Part shown: piece after piece, positions 37,150 through 45,566 of the stretch
Layout: the number at the start of each line of letters is the position of its first letter
Numbering within the stretch: the first letter of the stretch is position 1
Assembly: GCF_004010195.1 (NCBI RefSeq)
Contig: NC_057728.1
Coordinates: 40,488,231 to 40,533,796, forward strand
DNA from: Chiloscyllium plagiosum
Taxonomy: Eukaryota
DNA length: 45,566 bases
Reading direction: 5' to 3'
Notes under the pieces: model-generated
Database searches by the model: none
Seen by the model: only the letters and a program-made list of their open reading frames with translations
Told to the model about the DNA's origin: nothing
Translations under genes and position numbers: made by a program

Positions 37150-38440
37150 AGGTATCATGGAAAAATATGGACTTATTAGCAATAGGCAGCATGACTTTGT
37201 GCAGGGAACTTGTGTCTCACAAACTTGTTTGAGTTCTTTGAGGAAGTGACAAAGGTGATTGATGATTAATGAAGACAGGCAGTAGATGTTGTCCATATGG
37301 ACTTTAGCAAGGTCTGTGACAGTATCCTTCATGGCAAGCTGATACAAAGGGTGAAGTTACATGGGATCCGTGGTGAGCTGGCACGATAGATACAAAACAC
37401 CCCTCCAGTAGCGGTGGAGGGGTGTTTTTCTGATTTGAGATCTGGAGATTCTGCAGGAATCAGTACTGGGACCCCTGTTTGTTATAATACTGTATATGTA
37501 AATGATATGGAAGAGAACATAAATGATTTGATTAGTAAGTTTATGGATGACACAAGTTTTGGGAAGCTGCGGATAGTGAGGAGGATTGCCAGAGGATAGA
37601 GCAGGATATAGATGGGCTGGATATTTGGGCAGAGAAATGGCAGATGGAGTTTAATCTGGACAAATGCAAGGTGATGTGTTTTGGAAGACCTAATACAGGA
37701 GGGAAGAATACAGTAAAGGGCAGAACCCTTAGTAGCATCAAGATACAGGTGGATCTAAGTGTACAAGCCCACAATTCCCTAAAAGTGACATTACATGTGG
37801 AAAAGGTGGCCAAGAATGCATATGGCAATCATTGGATAGGGCAAAGAGTATAAAAATTGACAAGTCATTTGCAGCTGTATAGAACTTTAGTTGGACTACA
37901 TGTGGAATACTGTGTATAGGTCTGGATGCCACACTCCCAGAAGGATATGGAGGCTTTGGACTTGGTACAGAAACAGTTTACCAGGATGTTGCCTGGTTTG
38001 GAGTGTATTAGCTGTGAGGAAAAATTGGAAAAATTTAGTTTGTTTTCAATTGAATGTCGAGGGATGAGGGGTGACCTGATAGAAGTTTACAAAACTATGA
38101 CAGGCATGAAGAGAGTGGATAGTTGGAGTCTTCTTTTTCCCAGGGTAGAAATATCAGTTACAAGGGGAGACAGATTTAAGGTAAAAGGGGATAAGTTTAA
38201 AGGAGATGTGAGAGGCAAGTGTTTTTACACATGGGGTAGTTAGTGCCTGGAATGCACTGCCAGTGGAGGTGGTGGAAGTGGATACAATAGCAATGCTAAG
38301 AGGCATCTTGACAGATATATGAATAGGCAGGAAATAAAGGGCTATAGAGGCAAAACGTTTTTAGTCTAAAAAAGCATCACCTGTTGGTGCAGTCTTGATG
38401 CACCAAATAGCCTGTTCCTGTGCTATAGTATTCTTTGCTC
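37150..38440 (+). mobile_element. CR1 LINE, RT to 3' end, decayed
   Basis: QHDFVQG.CL.NL.EFFEEVT, MDFSK..D, ISKFMDDT, MEFNLDKC, QKQFTRMLPG and RGDLIEVYK motifs. Confidence 0.92.
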
Positions 38441-38639
38441 ACTACCACCCCTCAAACTAAGTCTACCATACCATTCTTTACAGCACTTACCTTGCAGGCA
38501 TATCCATCTTTCACTGTCAGTGTTCTTTCACCACTGCCTCTCACTCTCTCCTTATGCAATTTCAATTGACAGTTGTCCCAACCAATGACACTATATCCAC
38601 CAAGTCAGCGCGTGATATTTCAGTCACTCATAAGTCAAT

Positions 38640-38770
38640 TCTTGGCCCTGCAGAGAAGGCTAGGGAGGGGAAGGGAGCCAGGACAGGCCCTTCCCAGCTA
38701 ACAATAGCAGAAGTGGAGGGGCGAGATCACTGATGCTTCAGTGGCCCTAGCCACTGGAGTTGGAGACCTC
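38640..38770 (+). pseudogene. Possible Harbinger Myb-like exon remnant
   Basis: cctgcag then RTG..P..LTIAEVE....I....A..TGVG-like sequence resembling the second exon at 11109-11240. Confidence 0.35.
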
Positions 38771-38869
38771 ACAATAACTTGAGAACACAACTAAATATTG
38801 TGGATCTAAATGTCATACAGTAAAATTGTTAAAATTTCAAAAAAGTGTTAAATATGATCTCAGTGTAGA

Positions 38870-39790
38870 TAACTTACATTTATGTGGTACATTTAGTGTA
38901 TTCCAAGGAAACGTAGAATCAACAAAATATGACAGCAGAGATACTAAGGCAGATGACCAAACATGTCGTCAGATACAGATCTTAAGGAGTGATTTAAAAG
39001 GAATGTGAGATGGGAAGACGTGGTGATTTAGAAGGGAATTCCACTGTGTAGAACCCATGTAGCTAAAGGGAAGGCCATCATCATAGAACAATTACAAGTA
39101 GGAAGTCACAAGTGTCCAGAATAGGATGAACACACAGATCTCTCAGAATGTTGTGAGATTGACTGAGTCTGCAGCTATAAGGAGATGCAAGGTAATGGAG
39201 GGATTTGAAACTAGGGATGATCATTTTAAAATCAGGGCATTACTTAACTTAAGCCAGTGTAGGTGGAAACACAGGGGTGGTGTGTGAATGGGTTTCCAGG
39301 AATTAGAAAACTGTCAGCAGAGAACTGGTGATATTAAGTTTGCAGAGGTTGGAATCTGGGAGGCTGACCATGAGTGCATTAGAATATTACAGGCTGGAGA
39401 ATAGAAAAAGGCACAGATGGGGGTTCAGCAGTAGATGAATTGAGGTAGTCGTGATTCAGGAGATATGGCAGTGGTGAAGAGAGGCAGCATTTGTGGTGAT
39501 CTGCACAAGTGATTGGGAACTAATTGCAAGATCAAATCACACACTAAGGTTGTAAACAGTCTCTTTCAGACACTAACAGTTGCCAGGGATAATCTTGGAG
39601 TTAGTTTCTAGGCAGCTGAGTTCATGGCAGGGTGTGAAAATGTATGGCTTGTGTCTTCCCAGCATTGAGTTGGAGGAATTTTTTGCAGATCCACCATTTA
39701 TTCAGAGACAGTTGAAAGTTTGACACAGAAGATTGCAAAGGAGAGCTGGGTATTGCCAGTGTATATGTGTAAACTGGTATCTTTTCAGAT
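38870..39790 (-). mobile_element. Old L2-like LINE fragment
   Basis: Similar to 13230-13725 (gagggatttgaaactagggatgatcattttaaaat); antisense DDI of the RT motif at gatgttgtcatc near 39795. Confidence 0.6.
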
Positions 39791-40789
39791 GATGTTGTCA
39801 TCGGGGGCAGTCTGTAAAGCTCTTAACTTGCCTGTGATAAATCTTATCCTTTCCCTCTGGCACAGCTTTCACACATGGAGCAGGAATCCACAGGATTCAT
39901 GAATGATGTGTCGTCAGAGGAACTGATTCATTCTGTGAGTGAACTGTCACTTATCGTACATCTGCTTATATGCTATTAGACAGATAATTGAATGCTCACC
40001 AGTGACTCTCATTTCACAAGTGAGAAAGGACAGTCAGTGATAACAGGAACAGACTTTGAATGATACAGCGTCTCCAAGCACTGGTCAGCTGGGCCCAGAT
40101 GCTGATCAATCAAATATGTAACCAGGGAGAAGCAGAGAATGTCCCATGCAGAGACTGGTCTTCCAAACACACTGATTGCATTTGTAGATGGAATGGTGCA
40201 GTTCACCTCAAGCCATAGGTCAATGTGACAATGCCTTCTTGCATTGACAGAGAGTCAAACTCTATGGAGAAAACAACATGTGTCAATCAAATCAGACCAC
40301 ACATTGACCACAGCCATACACTATGAATGCCGACACATCTGCAACTCAAATAGGATGACAGATCTCTCAGGCTTAGCCTTAAATAATCACACTGAAGTGC
40401 ACAAAAGTGCTCTCCAAAAGAAATGTAAGTTACCTGTTGCTACCCAATCAAAGAAATGGTGGGAAAGGGATCATGGAAGTGGGGACTTTACTCAATGTGC
40501 TTCCACTTCTCACCTACTACACCACAAAGAAAACCCCCTCCCCACCTCCTGTCACTTCATCTTGTTTCCCAGTGGCATATATGCAAGTGGAACAGTCTTT
40601 GGCAGGGGTCTTGAAGGCTTCAAAATCCAGAAGTCATTAGCAAAGACCATCTCAGTTGTCAACTGGACCAGCAGCCTCTATTTCTGTTTTGGGGGTGACA
40701 GAATGTAAGAGTTGTAGAAAAGGGGAAAGTAGGATGTTATATTTATACTAGATTGTGCATATGGTGAATGAGAAAATTTTTCTGTTAAT

Positions 40790-41135
40790 GAGACATGGAG
40801 TCATACAGCATGGAAACTGACCCTTTGGTCCAAATTGTCCTTGCTGACCAGCTTTCCCGAACTAAACTAATCCCATTTGCCTACATAAAACCTGTAACCC
40901 TTTAAAACGTTTCTATTGATTTACCTGTCCAAAATGTCTTTTAAATGTAGTAACTGTGTCTGCATTTACCACTTCCTCTGGCAGTTCATTCCATATACGT
41001 ACCACCCTCTGTGTGAAAACATTGCCTCTCAGTCCCTTTTAAATCTTTCTCCTCTCACCTTAAAACTATGCCCTCTAGTTTTGAACTCCTTTACCCGAGG
41101 GAAAGGACCTTTGCTATTCAACTTATCTATGCTCC
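40790..41135 (-). mobile_element. CR1 (HER1-like) 3' fragment
   Basis: Homologous to 487-830. Confidence 0.88.
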
Positions 41136-41320
41136 TTTTGATTGGAGGATCAGTTGTCAGGTCCACACGTCCCCAGCAACCCACCCTCCCGTCCTGGCAC
41201 CTTCCCTTGTCACTGCAGGAATTATAAAACCTGCGCCCACACCTCCCCCCTCACCTCCATCCAAGGCCCCAAAGGAGCCTTCCACACTCAACAGTTTTAC
41301 CTGCACTTACACACATGTCA

Positions 41321-41637
41321 GGGCGGCACGGTGGCACAGTGGTTAGCACTGCTGCCTCACAGCGCCAGAGACCCGGGTTCAATTCCCGCCTCAGGCTCTC
41401 TGTGTGGAGTTTGCACGTTCTCCCCGTGTATGCATGGGTTTCCTCCGGGTGCTCCGGTTTCCTCCCACAATCCAAAAATGTGCAGGTCAGGTGAATTGGC
41501 CAAGTTAAATTGCCCGTAGTGTTAGGTGAAGGGGTAAATGTAGGGGAATGGGACTGGGCGGGTTGTGCTTCGGCGGGTCGGTGTGGACTTGTTGGGACAA
41601 AGGGCCTGTTTCCACACTGTAAGTAATCTAATCTAAT
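41321..41637 (+). mobile_element. HE1-type V-SINE (tRNA-derived)
   Basis: A box tggcacagtgg, B box gggttcaattccc, V-domain tgtgtggagtttgcacgttctccccgtg, CR1-like tail aagggcctgtttccacactgt and (AATCT)n. Confidence 0.93.
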
Positions 41638-42116
41638 TTACTGTATCCATTGCTCCCGATGTGGTCTCCTCTACATTGGGTAGACAGGACACCTACTTGC
41701 ATAATGCTTGAGAGAACATCTCCGGGACACTCACACCAACCAACCCCACCACCCTGTGGCTGAACACTTCAACACCCCCTCCCACTCTGCCAAGGACATG
41801 CAGATCCTGGGCTACCTCCATCGCCACTCCCTAATTACCTGACACCTGGAGGAAGAATGCCTCATCTTCCGCCTTGGGACCCTCAGCACCAATGTGGATT
41901 TCACCTGATTCCTCATTTCCCCACTCCCCACCTTATCCCAGTTCCAACCTTCCAACTCGGCACTGCCCTCATGATCTGTCCCTCTTCTTTCCCACTTATC
42001 CACTCCACCCTCCTCTCTGACCTATCACCTCCACCTCTGTTTGTCTATCATATTCTCAGCTACCTTCCCCCTACTCCCCTCCCATTTATTTCTCTACTCT
42101 CTTGGCTCACAGCTTC

Positions 42117-42150
42117 ATTCCTGATGAAGGGCTCTTGCCTGAAACGTCGA
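42117..42150 (+). ncRNA. Minimal hammerhead-like motif
   Basis: CTGATGA-A-GGGC-TCTT-GCCT-GAAAC-GTC. Confidence 0.65.
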
Positions 42151-42574
42151 TTCTTTGCTCCTCGGATTCTGCCTGACCTGCTGTGCTTTTCCAGCACCCC
42201 ACTCTTGACTATAATTTAAACCTCCAATTCTGGTAACATCCTTTCTTTCTTAGAATCTCATAAAGTTGTTAGTTGGCATTGCACTCTTATCCTTAGTTGT
42301 TAGGTGCCAAGTCACCACATTTGTTTTTAATTTGCCACTGATGCTGATTCCTCTTATGTTCAATGGCAGCTCTGTCAACAGCAAGCTGAAAATGCCATTG
42401 CTGACAGTGATGGTTACATTGCTCTACTTTGGAGGTCGAATTTAAGGCAGCCAAGGTCTTGATGTGATTAAGGAAACCTCTCAAGTGTAGCAAGTAAACT
42501 CACAGCAAAACTATTGTGAACAAACACAGCGAGAAACCATAATGACCTCCTCAGGAGACAGACATGTGCTGCAA

Positions 42575-43760
42575 CCGACAGGGTAGCCTTCGTTGTCCAG
42601 TACTTCCCAGGAGCCAAAAATCTACGCCATGTTCTTCGTGACCTGCAACACGTTATCAATGAGGATGAGCACCTCGCCAAGACCTTCCCCATGCCTCCAT
42701 GTCTTGCCTTTAAACAACCATCAAACCTCAAATAAATCATTGCTCATAGTAAACTGCACAGCTTTCAGAACAACGCCATACAACCCTGTCATGGTAGACG
42801 CTGCAAGACGTGTCAGAGTGTTGACACGGATACCACCATTACACGTAGGGACACCACCCACCATGTATGTGGCAGGTACTTGTGTGACTTGGCTAACGTT
42901 ATCTATCTCATACGCTGCAGGCAAGGATGCCCTGAGAGCATAGTACATTGGCAAGACTGAGCAGACACTACAACAGATGAATGAACACCGCACAACAATC
43001 ACCAGGTAAGGGTGTTCCTTCCCAGTCAGGGAACACTTCAGCCGTCCGGGACATTTGTCCTCGGACCTTTGGGTGACCATTCTCCAAGGCGGACTTCGGG
43101 ACAGGCAACAACGCAAAGTGGCTGAGCAGAGGCTGATAGCCAAGTTTGGTACCCATAGGGATGGCCTCAACCAGAACCTTGGGTTCATGTCAGGTGACCC
43201 CACTGCACTACATACACACTGTCCCTCTCTCACAGACACTTATACCATTCCGCCACACCACACATACCCGCATGCACACACACACATATAAGTTTGTGGG
43301 GTGAATTTGTACTTGCAAAATTACATGTTATTTTGCTCAAAAACTGCATGAATCCATGTAAGATTCTGTAAATTTCTTTTTTACAAATAGAATCAGTCTG
43401 TTCATTGGGGCACAGACAGCCTCACACAGGGCACCTCACACCTTCAAAGCATTGTCTGGGCCGACATAACACCTATTGTTAAAGTTCACTTGAAAATATA
43501 ACTTTTATAAAGAGTTCTGGGATTTCCATACAAAAGAACTGAAACCAATATGGTCATTCTAAAAGATGAGAGACTTAACAAACATCCAGGTCTTTTTCAA
43601 TATGTAATTCAGCTACATCACACTGTCAACTTTTGCTATAAATCTGTGTCTTATGATCTTATACTCCACAACCACCTGATGAAGGAGCAGCACTCTGAAA
43701 GCTAGTGCTTCCAAATAAACCTGTTGGACTATAACCTGGTGTTGTGTGATTTTTACCTTT
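42575..43760 (+). mobile_element. Penelope-like element family A, uninterrupted copy
   Basis: FVVQYFPG, CKTCQ, VIYLIRCRQGCP.A*YIGKT motifs; collinear with 25805-27800. Confidence 0.92.
43672..43707 (+). ncRNA. Minimal hammerhead-like motif (family A pLTR)
   Basis: CAC-CTGATGA-A-GGAGC-AGC-ACTCT-GAAAG-CTA-GTG; 3-bp stem I, palindromic AGCT, stem II carries mismatches. Confidence 0.65.
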
Positions 43761-43789
43761 CCCACAAGTATGTTAGAAAACAGATGTGA

Positions 43790-44393
43790 ATAGGTGGGCC
43801 AATGGGCTGAGAAGTGGCAGATGGAGTTTGATTCAGATAAATGCGAGGTGCTACATTTTGGGAAAGCAAATCTTAGCAGGACTTATACACTTAAACTTGA
43901 GAGGGTTCAGAGAAGATTTATAAGATGTTGCCAGGGTTGGAGGATTTGAGCTATAGGGAGAGTCTGAACAGGCTGGGGCTGTTTTCCCTGGATGTCGGAG
44001 GCTGAGGGGTGACCTTATAGAGGTTTACAAAATTATGAGGGGCATGGATAGGATAAATAGGCAAAGTCTTTTTCCTGGGATCGGGGAGTCCAGAACTAGA
44101 GGACATAGGTTTAGGGTGAGAGGGGAAAGATATAAAAGAGACCTAAGGGGCAACTTATTCACGCAGAGGGTGGTCCGTGTATGGAATGAGCTGCCAGAGG
44201 ATGTGGTGGAAGCTGGTACAATTGCAACATTTAAGAAGTATTTGGATAGGTATATGAATAGGAAGGGATTGGAGTGATATGGGCCAGGTGCTGGCAGGTG
44301 GGACTAGATTGGGTTGGGATATCTGGTTGGCATGGACAGGTTGGACCAAAGGGTCTGTTTCCATGCTGTACATCTCAATGACTCTATGATTCT
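43790..44393 (+). mobile_element. CR1 (HER1-like) 3' fragment with an internal deletion near 43893
   Basis: WAEKWQMEF..DKC is joined directly to KLERVQ..F; FTQRVVRVWNELP; TCTATGA tail. Confidence 0.92.
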
Positions 44394-44876
44394 AAATGAT
44401 TACAATTTTTCCTGGAGTTTGGAATCAACCTCCATTGCGGTCTTGTCTTGCTTCCACTGGCAAGCTTTAGGTAGTCAAAGTAACCTGTGGGAGCACTATT
44501 AAAACCGTTTCGAAATATCTCTCTAACTTATGGTAATATACAACCCTACCCTTCCAAAGTGATTTCACTCAATCAGCTCAGCACACTTGAGTTAAAGGAG
44601 AAAGTTAGTGGATTGGGATTGACTTCCTGACATGCTCATTGTTTTGTCAGTTTTGACCCTTCACTAACACCAAATGTATATGCACCTCCATGATAAAATG
44701 CCATCAATATCTCTGTAAGAATCACTGGGGATGCGCAGACAGTTTGTCTACCACATGAGGTGGCCGCTGACAGCTCTTTTTCTTCGAGTGATTAAAGGGA
44801 AATAAATGAACAACATCAAGAAATAATGGGAGTCACTCAAATGAACAGTATGATTAAAAAAACATTAAGGGGGATC

Positions 44877-44888
44877 CAAGATGGCGGC
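44877..44888 (+). promoter_or_regulatory. YY1-type motif of the L1 internal promoter
   Basis: caagatggcggc matches the YY1 consensus at the position typical for L1 5' ends. Confidence 0.65.
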
Positions 44889-45040
44889 GACCCAGCAAGA
44901 CTGAGTCTATTGTGCTCCTCCCAAGACTTGGGTACAGTGGGTCACCCACCCCCTACCACACTCACCAAATCATTTATAATAGTTGTGTAATTTAATTAGT
45001 TGTGTAATATTACATTTAAACAAATTAATCCTAAGTTAAA

Positions 45041-45566
45041 ATGACTAAAGGAAAGGGAGCCCGCACCTCTCAGCAAGCAGGAACCCCTCCCCGACCCTCT
45101 CCAGCTGCAGCAGAGTCGTCCACAGCCGCCCCGGGAGACTTACCAACAGTAACAAGCCTTGCAGAAATGATTTCCAAGCTTGACTCGAAGATCGATGCCT
45201 TTATTGCAGAATCCAGAAATCGTTGGGACTCGCTCTCGGCCGCGCTGCAGAAGCACGACCGAGAGATTCAAGAAATTGAACGCCGAGTCGGAGGGGCGGA
45301 GCTAAAGGCCGCGACCTCCGAAAATACCGCTCAATCAGCTGTGGATCAGGTCCGGACTCTCGAGCAGCGAGTCCGGACCTTGGAAAATCATATTGACGAC
45401 CTCGATAACCGAGGTCGTCGAAAAAATATTCATTTGCTGGGCCTTCCTGAACAGGAAGAGGAAGGCCAGCTTACAGCATTCCTCCAGCAGTGGCTGCCAC
45501 AGCTTTTAAATCTGCAAGCTGGATCAGGCCAGGTAAGGGTGGAATGGGCCTACCGGGTCGCAATAC
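45041..45566 (+). CDS. L1 ORF1 protein (coiled coil plus start of RRM), partial
   Basis: MTKGKGARTS...VRTLEQRVRTLENHIDDLDNRGRRKNIHLLGLPE... with no stop to the window end; matches the ORF1p LENRSRRNNIRI.GLPE motif. Confidence 0.92.
   Translation, partial: MTKGKGARTSQQAGTPPRPSPAAAESSTAAPGDLPTVTSLAEMISKLDSKIDAFIAESRNRWDSLSAALQKHDREIQEIERRVGGAELKAATSENTAQSAVDQVRTLEQRVRTLENHIDDLDNRGRRKNIHLLGLPEQEEEGQLTAFLQQWLPQLLNLQAGSGQVRVEWAYRVAI

Larger units (their letters stand above)
41140..42210 (+). mobile_element. Penelope-like element (GIY-YIG and pLTR) interrupted by an HE1 SINE
   Basis: CRNYKTCAHT; IYCIHCSRCGLLYIG after the SINE is removed; hammerhead-like core at 42121. Confidence 0.9.
44869..45566 (+). 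mobile_element. L1-clade LINE, 5' end intact, continues beyond the window
   Basis: Starts gggggatccaagatggcggc after an A-rich flank; short 5' UTR; CpG-rich ORF1. Confidence 0.9.

Noticed and set aside
38484..38560. Strong minus-strand donor AAG|gtaagt
   Set aside because: No matching acceptor or coherent frame, and it lies within a probable Harbinger-like remnant.
40244..40708. 154-aa plus-strand ORF
   Set aside because: Non-ATG start, no recognisable domain, and it lies in a probable decayed repeat.
41321..41395. tRNA-like sequence
   Set aside because: It is the head of the HE1 SINE, followed by the V-domain and tail, not a tRNA gene.
44404..44484. Possible minus-strand exon (YFDYLKLASGSKTRPQW) after ctcccacag
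   Set aside because: The acceptor is plausible but the available donors (gttgat, gtaatc) are weak.

Overview
This is eukaryotic, repeat-dominated DNA, most likely intronic or intergenic sequence from a shark (elasmobranch). The assignment rests on an HE1/V-SINE, a Deu-domain SINE, many CR1 (HER1-like) LINE fragments, at least three Penelope-like element (PLE) families, decayed Gypsy LTR retrotransposons, PIF/Harbinger Myb-like remnants and L2-like fragments. Almost all ORFs in the supplied track are transposon fragments or chance ORFs. The only long intact coding frame is ORF1 of a young, CpG-rich L1 that starts at about 44869 and runs off the window end; the ORF track misses it. The most notable observations are: (i) about ten minimal hammerhead-ribozyme-like cores in PLE ends, including 127-190 bp fold-back mini-insertions with long target duplications; (ii) deep transposon nesting; (iii) a templated inverted duplication and hairpin at a CR1 5' junction; (iv) three phase-compatible candidate micro-exons of an unidentified minus-strand host gene. 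I found no convincing evidence of a wholly new biological system. Family names come from motif recognition only, and boundaries of old repeats are approximate.
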